Of a stretch of DNA of 64,000 nucleotides, positions 37,399 to 46,963 are shown in pieces. The translations under genes were made by a program, and so were the position numbers. The stretch covers positions 262,647 to 326,646 of the forward strand of contig NZ_JADNRN010000002.1 of the NCBI RefSeq assembly GCF_015595035.1. Reading direction: 5' to 3'. The DNA comes from Glaciecola sp. MH2013. Lineage in GTDB: Bacteria > Pseudomonadota > Gammaproteobacteria > Enterobacterales > Alteromonadaceae. Below the pieces are notes generated by a model. The model searched no databases. It was not told where the DNA came from and saw only the letters and a list, made by a program, of their open reading frames with translations. The stretch's first letter is position 1, and the number at the start of each line of letters is the position of its first letter.

Positions 37399-39634
37399 AG
37401 TGATTGCTCTTTTGGGTTGGAGTATTTGCTCGCATTTGCTTGGCTGAATGAATGTCATTTACGAACGTGGCTTCAAGTAATTCACATACCTGGTTTGATG
37501 AAGGTAGGAGCGGAATAGTTCGACAGGTACGCTGCCAAACAGTTGGTTGCTTGAAAACGGTATCAGTTAACACACAAATCGGAATAACAATACGTTTCGC
37601 CGTAAACTCATTAAACAACAGGGGTATGCTTAATCTTGGAAGTTCATAATCAATTAGAAGAAGTTGAAATGACTCTACCGTAAGTATTTCAGGTATGTCG
37701 GCAGCCTTATCGACAAACATCATCTTGAATGCTTGGGTTGTATTGAAAATTTGCAGTAAGGATGAAATGAGTTTTTCATTTTCTGATGCGACTAATATAT
37801 TAATCGGGTTTGCAAAAGAGCATTGTGTAGCAATGTCTTCCAATTTCTGAGCAAGTTTTTGCTTCTCTGCTTGGTCAATCGATTTGCTTACAAACATTTG
37901 ATACAGATTTTCGGCTATTTCACTTGGGCTTAAAGGTTTGGAAAGTACTAGATCCGTAACCTTTCTGCATTCTGATATAAGCTCGTCATCTACTGAGGCA
38001 GTGATGGCGACAATAACAGCTGTTGATTTGCTATCCTTTATTATCTTCGAAGCTTCCACGCCCGACATAATGGGCATGTGAATATCCATCCAAATAACAT
38101 CAAAATGTCGCTCGGCCGCCTTGTGAATTGCTTCTTTTCCGTTAGAGGCAAAGTCGAAGTCAGAGAAGCCTAGTTGTTTTAATGACTCGTGAAGCACCAC
38201 TTTATTTATTTCATTGTCATCAACAATTAAATGAGAAATCGGATTTGTTGTTGCATATGTTAACATTAATGTAGAGTAGTCGATGGGGTATTCACTTAGC
38301 GTATAAGACGCTCGTAAAACGTCGCTACGGACTGCAATTTGGATTAGCTCGCTCGGTAGAATTGGTTTATACAGTACATGCCAATCAGCGAATTCTTTAT
38401 ATTGATTATTGTCGAGTAAAACACAATTCGCTTTCGCTCGAAGGGCGTCTTTTAATTCATTGCTTTCCTGAAGTGTACCTAGCTCAGCAAAGTCGATGAT
38501 AAGTAAATCGGTTTGTTCGGAATGATTTTCTGAAAGCAGACTTTGCGTTGAATCATACTGTTGAACGTTAATATTCCAATTTGAAAACAGTGAGCGAATT
38601 GATTCGGTTGCTGTTCCCTTTGAGGAAACTAGCTTGATTATTGTTTTATGTTTATGCTCAGCGGTAAATCGAGGTATCCCTTTTAGTCGCACCTTTTTGA
38701 AAGTGAGGTCAAAAAAGAGTTGTGTTCCAAAGTTCTCTTTGCTCTTAGCTTGAATCTTTCCTCCCATCATTTCGACTATTTCTTTGCTAATGTTGAGGCC
38801 AAGACCAGAACCTCTTGCACGAGAATTTTGGCTTGAATTCACTTGATAAAAGGGTTCAAAAACGGCTGCAAGATCTTTCTCAGGAATCCCCACGCCCGTG
38901 TCGGATACTAAGAATCTTACTGAGAGCTCTTCTGCATTTTCCTGTCTGAATATGACCCACACAGAAACGTTACCGTGGTCAGTGAATTTGAAGGCGTTAC
39001 CTATCAAGTTACTGAGCACCTGATACAAGCGTTGAGAATCTGATTTTACGCCAAGCTCAATCAGCCTAGAATCGAAATGGAGTTGAAGTTCGATGTTTTT
39101 CGATTGTGCCGACTGGGTAAATATTCTGACTACGTTTTCGCAAACTTCTAAGAGTCTGAATGGCTCTAAACGCAAAGACATTCCATTTGGAGAGTTATTC
39201 GAGAGATCTATTGCATCAGAAATAACCGTCATCAAAGCACGCGAAGAGACTCTAATTTGGTCCAAGTATCGTTGTATTTTTGGTGATACTGTTTCTTTTT
39301 CAATAACTTCAATTAAACCATTGATGCCATGTAATGGTGTTCGAAGGTCATGACTCACTTTTGCCAAATGCTTCGCTTTATCTTGCGATATTTCTTTCTC
39401 TTGCTCAATTAAACTGCTGTACTTGTCATCATTGCTTTTGATGCTCTGAACATGTAGGTACTGGATGATTATCAAAACCAAAGTTACAAGGATTATCAAG
39501 ATGGACGCTATCACAGGTAACCAATCTGGCTGTTGTGTTTGTATGAATGTATTGAAGCTTGCGAAGGTGAATAAAAGCCACAGTGTTATTCTCACGACAC
39601 TAACTCCTCTTGGGTAACCACCTTCTTGTTGCAT
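37391..39634 (-). CDS. hybrid sensor histidine kinase/response regulator (two TM helices, HisKA, HATPase, two REC)
   Basis: SHDLRTPLHGI H-box; G-box GSGLGLNISKEIVEMMGG; REC LIVDDNEINKVVL...DVIWMDIHMP. Start uncertain (ATG 39634 chosen; ORF extends to 39706 and overlaps bphO). Confidence 0.8.
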   Translation of the reverse strand: MQQEGGYPRGVSVVRITLWLLFTFASFNTFIQTQQPDWLPVIASILIILVTLVLIIIQYLHVQSIKSNDDKYSSLIEQEKEISQDKAKHLAKVSHDLRTPLHGINGLIEVIEKETVSPKIQRYLDQIRVSSRALMTVISDAIDLSNNSPNGMSLRLEPFRLLEVCENVVRIFTQSAQSKNIELQLHFDSRLIELGVKSDSQRLYQVLSNLIGNAFKFTDHGNVSVWVIFRQENAEELSVRFLVSDTGVGIPEKDLAAVFEPFYQVNSSQNSRARGSGLGLNISKEIVEMMGGKIQAKSKENFGTQLFFDLTFKKVRLKGIPRFTAEHKHKTIIKLVSSKGTATESIRSLFSNWNINVQQYDSTQSLLSENHSEQTDLLIIDFAELGTLQESNELKDALRAKANCVLLDNNQYKEFADWHVLYKPILPSELIQIAVRSDVLRASYTLSEYPIDYSTLMLTYATTNPISHLIVDDNEINKVVLHESLKQLGFSDFDFASNGKEAIHKAAERHFDVIWMDIHMPIMSGVEASKIIKDSKSTAVIVAITASVDDELISECRKVTDLVLSKPLSPSEIAENLYQMFVSKSIDQAEKQKLAQKLEDIATQCSFANPINILVASENEKLISSLLQIFNTTQAFKMMFVDKAADIPEILTVESFQLLLIDYELPRLSIPLLFNEFTAKRIVIPICVLTDTVFKQPTVWQRTCRTIPLLPSSNQVCELLEATFVNDIHSAKQMRANTPTQKSNHYE

Positions 39635-40188
39635 AAGGCTCTGAGAGCGGAAAAAGAGTCCAATGCACCAGCAAGTACTTGTTGATAGTGCTCTTCTGTG
39701 GCGCACAGGGAATGAATATAGTTAATTGTGGTGCGGAAGCTATCTATTTTTTGGTGGCCATAGCAATCGTAAAAACGAGTAGCCTTTTGTAATCCGAGTG
39801 TTTTTTTAACTTTTTTACCGATAATCATACCACCAAGAGAAGAGCCCTCAGCGACGTACAGCACTCCTAGGGAAAAGTGTCTAGATGCCGTCTTCTTAGC
39901 GAGTGCTAATTTTGGCAGTGTTGTTCCGCCTAATTCCTGTAAATCTGCCTCCAGCAATCCAGTTTTTACTTTTATTAACGGTAAAGACGAGTGATTGAAA
40001 TATTCGTGTAAATGCGTGGACTCCGCGGCGGCAAACCATTTATGCATAATTTGCATAACCGCTATATAGCTTTCAATAGTTAACGTTGTTTCCATCAAAC
40101 TTCTTAACAAAGGACTGCTATCCAATGCTGTGTGGGCAGAGTGCGTATCTGTTTTTAGCCTTTGATGTGTTGTATTAAAATAATTCAA
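39592..40188 (-). CDS. bphO: heme oxygenase (biliverdin-producing, BphO/HemO-like)
   Basis: 198 aa; N-terminal LKTDTHSAHTALD fits the heme-oxygenase proximal-His helix; heads the phytochrome operon. Confidence 0.65.
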   Translation of the reverse strand: MNYFNTTHQRLKTDTHSAHTALDSSPLLRSLMETTLTIESYIAVMQIMHKWFAAAESTHLHEYFNHSSLPLIKVKTGLLEADLQELGGTTLPKLALAKKTASRHFSLGVLYVAEGSSLGGMIIGKKVKKTLGLQKATRFYDCYGHQKIDSFRTTINYIHSLCATEEHYQQVLAGALDSFSALRALCNKKVVTQEELVS

Positions 40189-40382
40189 ATCTACAAGCTA
40201 CTCTTTAACGGATTGATGTACAAATATAATACATTATTTGCTCTAAAGTTAGTCTAGCACAATACCGTGGAAATATTTGAAGCTCACGCATTTACTTGCG
40301 TCTAGAGCAGCTTGCTTTTGTAAAAGTGACCTTGTATCGCTCTACTCTTTGCCTTACCTTGTATCTGTAGTTTCAGTTTAAA

Positions 40383-40445
40383 AAAAGGACAAAATACATG
40401 GAGCAAGATTGGCACTTGAACGTGATGTGTAAAGAAATCATCGGC
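40383..40445 (+). pseudogene. decayed partial paralog of the downstream DUF1399 gene
   Basis: AAAAGGACAAAATACATGGA is 20/20 identical to the RBS and start of the 41205 gene. The next GCAAGATTGGCACTTGAACGTGA and TGTGATGTGTAAAGAAATCATCGGC match 41392-41432 and 41447-41470 at about 83%, with the intervening segments deleted. Confidence 0.55.
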
Positions 40446-40626
40446 TGGGAAGAAGAAAGAGTGAACCTATGTGTTTTTAGGTTCACGCTACTCTAGGACG
40501 ACTAACAGTGAAATTTATTGCACTCATTTTGACAACACTTCCCACTAATTGCGATTCTTCGGCAGGAGAACATTCTTTGCATACTTGAACCGAATTAGAA
40601 ATGTCGTCTTTTGATATGTCCAGTGG

Positions 40627-40971
40627 TTAAGAGGCAGGAACCAAAAGATAAATTGAGATGGATATAGATACTACGGACACAACAAGAATCATAAAAGCCG
40701 TGATTTTTTTATGAGTATTCAATGCGGTCTTTAATGAAGGCATAGCAACTTTCCTAACCAAGTGGTACACAAAGAAAACTGAAGTGAATAATAAAAATAT
40801 ATAACTAACTTCAGTTACTTGCTTAGTGAGCGGGACATTTTTAAAAGTGAAAAAGTATCCTACAGTAAACAACACAAGCGACACTGGGACGCTCATAGTT
40901 AGCGATGACCATAGCGCGTTAAGAGCGTATCTTGATGCTGCTGTTACTTTAATAATAGAATGACTCTTCAT
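40627..40971 (-). CDS. small membrane protein (hypothetical)
   Basis: ATG 40971 behind SD AGGGGGA; three predicted TM helices. Confidence 0.45.
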   Translation of the reverse strand: MKSHSIIKVTAASRYALNALWSSLTMSVPVSLVLFTVGYFFTFKNVPLTKQVTEVSYIFLLFTSVFFVYHLVRKVAMPSLKTALNTHKKITAFMILVVSVVSISISIYLLVPAS

Positions 40972-41204
40972 ACTTTTTCCCCCTTTTTCGTAGTTTAAGC
41001 AAGTTGTCATTCATTTCCAAGTTATTTATCTATTTACAGGTCTTTATGCTGCGATCGAAATCGTGCTTTAGCCTACCTCGGGTGTATTGAGCAAACTCAG
41101 GGAGGGTGATTTCAGCACTGACTGTTGAAAGGTCGAAAGCATAGACTGATAAAGCTTTTTTCTTTATTGTGAACACTTCATAGTTGCTCAAAAGGACAAA
41201 ATAC

Positions 41205-42014
41205 ATGGATCAGTCTCTTTACAAAGCCATCATGGCGTTGAACATCAGTGATAAGAATGCCGCTTTTACATTCGAAATGCGTTTGGCACGAGAAAATGCA
41301 TGGAGCTTGGATTATGCCAAGCAGGTGGTGCATGAATATAAACGTTTTATTTATCTAATTGCTAGCACTAATCGGTCGCAAACTCCGTCAGATCAAGTGG
41401 ATCAGGCTTGGCACTTGCACATGACTTATACCGATTCGTATTGGAATGTGATGTGTAAGGAGATCATCGGCAAGAACATACATCATGGTCCGACTCGCGG
41501 TGGTGCAGAGCAACGTCAAACATATCGAGAGCAGTACATAAATACCTTACATACTTACCGCGACGTGTTTGGCGACGAGCCTGCATCCATTTGGCCAAGT
41601 GCCGACAAACGCTTTGCCAATGCATCTGAGTTTGTACGGTTGAATAAAGCGGATTACTGGCTTCTTCCAAAATTGGGTTTTCCTAAATTTCTCGTTGCAC
41701 CTTTGAGCGTTGCAGGTTTTTTAAGCTTGGCTTTCGTTAGCTATGCTGCAGGTGACTCGCATGTTGAGTTTAGCAGGCTGTTGACTATTGGCGGCTTGGT
41801 TGTATTCATTGTGTTGATGATTTGGCTTGTTGTTCGTTTGAGCTCATCTTCAAAAAAAGACTCAGGTGCTGACGGCACTGGCGGCTATATTGGCAGTGGT
41901 TCATCATCCAATGCGAATAAGCACGATGCAGCAAATAAAAAAAATGACATCGACGTTGATATCGACAGCGGAGGTAGTGGTTGTGGGTCGGGCTGTGGCG
42001 GCTGTGGTTCTTAA
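41205..42014 (+). CDS. DUF1399 (glycine-rich-domain-protein-like) protein with TM helices and a Cys/Gly-rich C-terminal tail
   Basis: ATG 41205 behind SD AAAAGGA; conserved D..DQAWHLHMTYTDSYW region; two C-terminal TM helices; tail ...DSGGSGCGSGCGGCGS. Confidence 0.6.
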   Translation: MDQSLYKAIMALNISDKNAAFTFEMRLARENAWSLDYAKQVVHEYKRFIYLIASTNRSQTPSDQVDQAWHLHMTYTDSYWNVMCKEIIGKNIHHGPTRGGAEQRQTYREQYINTLHTYRDVFGDEPASIWPSADKRFANASEFVRLNKADYWLLPKLGFPKFLVAPLSVAGFLSLAFVSYAAGDSHVEFSRLLTIGGLVVFIVLMIWLVVRLSSSSKKDSGADGTGGYIGSGSSSNANKHDAANKKNDIDVDIDSGGSGCGSGCGGCGS

Positions 42015-42154
42015 GTGCACTAGTTAAATGTATCTTTAGTCGACAAAATAGTCTTAAAACCAACTTTGGTATATTTACAAACACCCATCAGAAGAACTTC
42101 TGCTGTATCTTATACCAATCTATGTGTGTTGATATTATCTGAAGGATACTTCCT

Positions 42155-45079
42155 ATGAAAAGGCGTTTCACCAAATCGCTTATAAGTTCTATTGTCTTGA
42201 TGTCGTTGTCTATGGCGGCTGCTCACTCGGCAACGCGTAACCCGGCTTCTACAGCGAGCATTAATAAGCAGATTTGGCAGCAAAGTGAGGAGAATCATTG
42301 GTCTTTGCAAAACAATGAGCTGCTTACTAAGGCAAGAGAAACTCAACGAATTGCGCTACCTATATATATAGCAAACACAGCTGAATACACTATGAGTAAG
42401 TCGCGCGTAATGTCGCCGGCACTTTCAGCTAAATATCCGAATATTCAGAGTTACAACATCCAGCATGGTGATGATTTAGGCTACCTTGTTATTAGCAGCG
42501 ACAGCATGAGCGGTGCGTATCAGATTAACGGGCAATGGCACGATATTGCTACCGACTACAGCGCTCAGGCTTCGGGTTACAATGGCGTTAGTTCCCAGCC
42601 AAATGTGCGGATATCGCCCAGTTTCGACAACCAACTAGAGGCGAAGAAAGCGCTGCAGTCACTAGAAGCTTTGCATCAAGAGTTATTAAACGCCAGTATC
42701 CGGCAAGCAAAGGGAGTTAACTCTAGCGACAACTCGTTAGCAGACACTGGTGACACGCTTACTACCTATCGCTTAGCCGTTAGCGCTAGTGGTGAATACA
42801 CAAGTTCAACAGGTGGCACAGTTGAGAGCGCATTGGCCGGTATTGTGACCTTGTTTACGCGCGTGAACCAAGTGGTTGAAAAAGACTTGGCTATCAGCTT
42901 TGAATTAATTGGCAATAATGATCAACTCATTTTCTTAGACGCCGATACCGACCCATTTACGAATGATGACGGAAGTGCCGATATTGACGAAAATCAGGTT
43001 CAAATCGACGCTATCATCGGGTCTGAAAATTATGATATTGGGCATTTACTCAACACTAATGGTGGCGGTTTAGCGGGTTTAGGTGCTTTGTGTGTTAACA
43101 GCTTTAAAGCAAAGGGTTATACAGGATCTCGTCAGCCATCGGGCGAGCGTTTTATTGTTGACTTATTACTTCACGAAGTGGGTCATCAGTTGGGCGGAGA
43201 GCACTCATTTAACGCGAGCGAGAGTAATTGCAATGGAAATCGTTCACGAAGTGGGCGAGCCTCAGTGGAAATTGGCAGTGGCACAACAATCATGTCCTAC
43301 GCCGGCATTTGCAGTTCGCAGAATATTTCGAGAATAAGTACACCTCACTTCCATGCGTTTTCGATAGATCAGATGCGACAAACGATTGATAGAAGAAATT
43401 GTGGTGTTAATACGTCTTTGGCAAATACTGCTCCTTCAATTTCACTTAGTGCTAATAACTACCTTATTCCAGCGCTAACACCATTTTTACTTGATGCAAC
43501 AGTGACCGATGAGGAGCAATCCGAACTTGAACATATATGGGAACAGGTTGACCCTGGCGGTATCAATGGTGCAACTGCAAACATCACAGAAGCCAGCACC
43601 GACAACGGAGAAAACCCTTTGTTTCGTTCCTTCGAGCCGGTAGCCGAGACTTATCGTTATTTCCCCTCTCTTGCTAGTGTTATATCAGGTGAGTTGGCTC
43701 TGGGCGAAGTCTATCCAAATACTAATAGGGAACTTAGCTTTCGCTTAGTTTCACGTGACCAAGCTGCAGGTGTCGCTACTGCAAACGTCACTGTGGAAGT
43801 GGTAAAGACCTCTTCTGCCTTCTCGCTAAGTTCTCAAGCTTTTGATGAAACATGGGAAAGTAGCACCACCCAAGAATTAAGGTGGAATACCGGAGACTCT
43901 GAGCTTGCACCGATCAACTGTGCCGCAGTTGATGTGCTGGTGGATGCCGATCAAGACAATCTATTTGAGTTAGCAATTGCGTCAGATATACCTAATACAG
44001 GTAGTGCCAGTATTTCTGCTCCTAATATTAACTTGGATTCATCTCGCCTAATGCTGAAGTGTTCGACGAGTGTTTTCTTCAGTTTGAGTAGTGGTGAAAT
44101 TAACTTTGTCTCGGTAGACGATATGATGCCAATGATAACTGGGCAGACATCTGCAGTGTCGGCGCCCGAGGATACCAACTATACAGTTACCCTCGCTGAC
44201 TTAGTCGTGAGTGACGGTGACAGCTCTTACCCTGATGATTTTACCTTAGAGGTTCTCGATGGTGACAATTACTCAGTGAATGCAAATCAGGTAACTTTCC
44301 TACCTGATTTCAACGGTGACTTAAGTGTGCAGGTTCAGGTTAATGATGGCATGCTCGATAGTAATGTGTTTGACTTTGTAATTTCTGTCAGCCCTGTGAA
44401 TGATGCGCCTATCATCAATGGGCAAAATCAACTCAGTGTGGATGAAGATCAGACTGTTATCCTGAGCGTCAATAATTTAAGCGTAAGCGATATCGATAAT
44501 AGCTTAAGTGAATTGAGCTTGGTGTTGAGTTCAGGTGAAAATTATAGTTTTAGTGGCAGCACTGTTATTCCCGACAGCGACTTTTTTGGTAGCCTGACAA
44601 TTGATTTGCGTGTTAGCGACGGAACTGATGTAAGTGATAGTTTTGCGCTTGAACTCAATGTAGAAAATGTCAACGATGCGCCTGTCGCGGAATCGGATTC
44701 GGTTGTTTTACTACAAGGCTCCGGTTCAACGAATATCAGTGTATTGCAGAACGATATTGATGCCGACAGCGCTGCTGGTGATACTCTCACGGTTGTAGCC
44801 ATCAGCTACTCAGGGCAGGGCGCTGCTAGCTTTGACGCAAGCTCAGTCAACTACCAAGCCAGTGCCAGCTTCATCGGAAGTGAAACGATCACCTATACCA
44901 TAGAGGATGCAGCTGGCGAGCAAGCAAGTGCAACTATAAATATACGCGTAAATGAAATACCCGCTAGTACTCCGGAAGAAAGCCCCGCGAGTGATAGTTC
45001 GGGTGGTTCGATACCAATGACCTTGATTGCCCTGCTAAGTGTGTTTGCATGGCTTAGGAGGTCGTCAAATGCTAAATAA
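42155..45079 (+). CDS. secreted metzincin zinc metalloprotease with cadherin-like/VCBS repeats and a GlyGly-CTERM sorting signal
   Basis: Signal peptide; HEVGHQLGGEH (HExxHxxGxxH); several roughly 100-aa repeats ending VNDAPI/VNDAPV; C-terminus SSGGSIPMTLIALLSVFAWLRRSSNAK (GG, hydrophobic helix, RR). Confidence 0.8.
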   Translation: MKRRFTKSLISSIVLMSLSMAAAHSATRNPASTASINKQIWQQSEENHWSLQNNELLTKARETQRIALPIYIANTAEYTMSKSRVMSPALSAKYPNIQSYNIQHGDDLGYLVISSDSMSGAYQINGQWHDIATDYSAQASGYNGVSSQPNVRISPSFDNQLEAKKALQSLEALHQELLNASIRQAKGVNSSDNSLADTGDTLTTYRLAVSASGEYTSSTGGTVESALAGIVTLFTRVNQVVEKDLAISFELIGNNDQLIFLDADTDPFTNDDGSADIDENQVQIDAIIGSENYDIGHLLNTNGGGLAGLGALCVNSFKAKGYTGSRQPSGERFIVDLLLHEVGHQLGGEHSFNASESNCNGNRSRSGRASVEIGSGTTIMSYAGICSSQNISRISTPHFHAFSIDQMRQTIDRRNCGVNTSLANTAPSISLSANNYLIPALTPFLLDATVTDEEQSELEHIWEQVDPGGINGATANITEASTDNGENPLFRSFEPVAETYRYFPSLASVISGELALGEVYPNTNRELSFRLVSRDQAAGVATANVTVEVVKTSSAFSLSSQAFDETWESSTTQELRWNTGDSELAPINCAAVDVLVDADQDNLFELAIASDIPNTGSASISAPNINLDSSRLMLKCSTSVFFSLSSGEINFVSVDDMMPMITGQTSAVSAPEDTNYTVTLADLVVSDGDSSYPDDFTLEVLDGDNYSVNANQVTFLPDFNGDLSVQVQVNDGMLDSNVFDFVISVSPVNDAPIINGQNQLSVDEDQTVILSVNNLSVSDIDNSLSELSLVLSSGENYSFSGSTVIPDSDFFGSLTIDLRVSDGTDVSDSFALELNVENVNDAPVAESDSVVLLQGSGSTNISVLQNDIDADSAAGDTLTVVAISYSGQGAASFDASSVNYQASASFIGSETITYTIEDAAGEQASATINIRVNEIPASTPEESPASDSSGGSIPMTLIALLSVFAWLRRSSNAK

Positions 45080-45482
45080 AACGATCATAGTTGGTATATT
45101 AACACTTAGTCTCAGCTCGCTAAGTGGCTGCTCTGAAACTGAAAGTGCTGACCCAGAGGATGTTGCACTTGAGGGTAGTGCTCTCGAGGGTGGCGAACTC
45201 GCGTTGAGTGAAGCGCAAGAGTCTGCTATACAAGCCCTTTCAGAAAGCGATCTGAGCCTCTTTGTTATCTTGGGAAGACAAACCAATATTCCAGGTGCTA
45301 GCGCTTATCAACACAGCAATGACGAGCTGGAAAAACACTGTGGTTTTAAAGCTATCGCTCATGCCGATGTATTCGAGGGTAAGGAGGAGTTTGCATCCTT
45401 AAAAGCCAAAAGTGCCTACGCAGTCGCGTATAATAAAGTGGTTTTGCCTGTTTGTATCGAGAAGATTGAAAATGGCCGATAG
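45069..45482 (+). CDS. lipoprotein (hypothetical)
   Basis: MLNKTIIVGILTLSLSSLSGC lipobox; start overlaps the protease stop by 11 nt. Confidence 0.55.
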   Translation: MLNKTIIVGILTLSLSSLSGCSETESADPEDVALEGSALEGGELALSEAQESAIQALSESDLSLFVILGRQTNIPGASAYQHSNDELEKHCGFKAIAHADVFEGKEEFASLKAKSAYAVAYNKVVLPVCIEKIENGR

Positions 45483-45576
45483 TGCATAACTTTCGAAGAT
45501 GGTATTATTGAACACGGATGTGAGCAACTAGCTTAGGCGCTGCTGTATAGCGATTTTAGGAACAGCAATAAGCGGA

Positions 45577-46587
45577 ATGGAAACGATGGAGTCTAACAGA
45601 ATTGCATGGATCGATATGGCTAAAGGCCTTACGATCTTTTTGGTTGTTTTCCACCATGCTTTTATGGGTGCCAAAAATCTTGGCTTGGTTAGCTCCTCCG
45701 TTTTCGAACTCTATGAGTTGTCCCGTCCTTTTCGTATGCCGCTATTCTTTTTAGTTGCCGGTTTATTTACCAAGAGTGCGCTACAAAAGCCTTTCACCGT
45801 ATTTGCTAGGCAAAAGTTACTGTATTTTCTGTATTTCTATGTACTGTGGAATACCATCTCAGTCGTTATAAGAGCGTCATTATCTTCATATACGAATAAC
45901 CAAGTTGAATATAGTGATGTGTTTTATCTACTTTGGGAGCCGACTTTTAATCTATGGTTCTTATACGGATTGCTTCTCGCCTTTTTCAGTCTGTATGTCT
46001 TAATGCGATTTGGAGGCGTAGTAATACTCACAAGTTTTTGCTTGCTATGCATCTCTTATGAAGTGAGTGGCTTGGCGAGTCTTCCATTCATTTTTAAGGC
46101 AACGATTATGCTGTTTCCCTTCTTCGCAATTGGAACAATCTTTTCTGCTGCATTAATAGAATATATCGACCAAAAAGCCAATTTAGTCGTTTTTATTTTA
46201 CTCAGCATTCTTTGTATAAGTGCTGATTTCTATATCAAAAACGAGTATTGGGATAGCGTTTTTTATTATCTATCCGCGTTGGTCTACGCCATCACGATGT
46301 TAACGCTGATGAAGCGCCTACAGAAAACTGTTTTGAGAGGCGTTTTATTATACATCGGGCAACATTCACTGAGTATTTATCTCATGCACTTTCTACCCGT
46401 TGCAGCCGCTAATTTTATGCTTATTCGCCAACTTGATATGTCGCAACCGCTGCTTACATCAACGATATCCAGCGTAGTCACTGTTGCACTTTGTATTTGG
46501 GGTTTCAAAGTGCTTAATAGCAATAAATACTTGCGATACTTAGTGAAAAGCCCGCTGTTAAGGGAGCGTCAGCAAGCGGATTTGTAG
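45577..46587 (+). CDS. acyltransferase-3 (OpgC/OafA-like) family membrane protein
   Basis: About 10 TM helices; N-terminal IAWIDMAKGLTIFLVVFHHA typical of acyltransferase_3. Confidence 0.7.
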   Translation: METMESNRIAWIDMAKGLTIFLVVFHHAFMGAKNLGLVSSSVFELYELSRPFRMPLFFLVAGLFTKSALQKPFTVFARQKLLYFLYFYVLWNTISVVIRASLSSYTNNQVEYSDVFYLLWEPTFNLWFLYGLLLAFFSLYVLMRFGGVVILTSFCLLCISYEVSGLASLPFIFKATIMLFPFFAIGTIFSAALIEYIDQKANLVVFILLSILCISADFYIKNEYWDSVFYYLSALVYAITMLTLMKRLQKTVLRGVLLYIGQHSLSIYLMHFLPVAAANFMLIRQLDMSQPLLTSTISSVVTVALCIWGFKVLNSNKYLRYLVKSPLLRERQQADL

Positions 46588-46684
46588 TATGCCAGCAAGC
46601 AGTGGCGAGTGGAAAATAACTTGCCAATACGAATTTGTTCATTTAACATCCGCGCATTAATCAATGCGAACGCCAAAGCATTTT

Positions 46685-46720
46685 TGCGCTCAGCTAAGTA
46701 AAGTGCTCAGCTAAGTCAAG
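46685..46720 (+). repeat. tandem direct repeat (2 x about 17 bp, GCTCAGCTAAGTmAAG) upstream of rtcB2
   Basis: TGCGCTCAGCTAAGTAAAG TGCTCAGCTAAGTCAAG TGCGCAG; adjacent near-palindrome CGCATTAATCAATGCG at 46651-46666. Confidence 0.5.
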
Positions 46721-46963
46721 TGCGCAGTTGATGAGCTCGTATAAAACACCCATCTCTACACTAAACTGGAAAGGAGTACATAAAATGCAAAACACATCAT
46801 TATCCTTTTCAGGTCTTGATCAGTAGACGCACCAAGCTCTCGGTAAACGAGGTACTGTGTTCTAACACTATAATTAGCTTCATTTAACGACTGAAGTTTC
46901 GTGCGAAATTAAAAGACCTTTCAAACATATTTCAAATATTATCCTCTTGAAAGGAAAAACATT

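Noticed and set aside
37399-37458. Longer bphP start at 37458
   Set aside because: The internal ATG at 37398 overlaps the upstream kinase stop (ATGAGTAA coupling) and places the chromophore Cys at residue 13, which is typical. The extension has no RBS.
41184-41204. TTG start at 41184 for the DUF1399 gene
   Set aside because: ATG 41205 has a proper SD (AAAAGGA), and the identical RBS-plus-ATG is what is duplicated in the upstream remnant.
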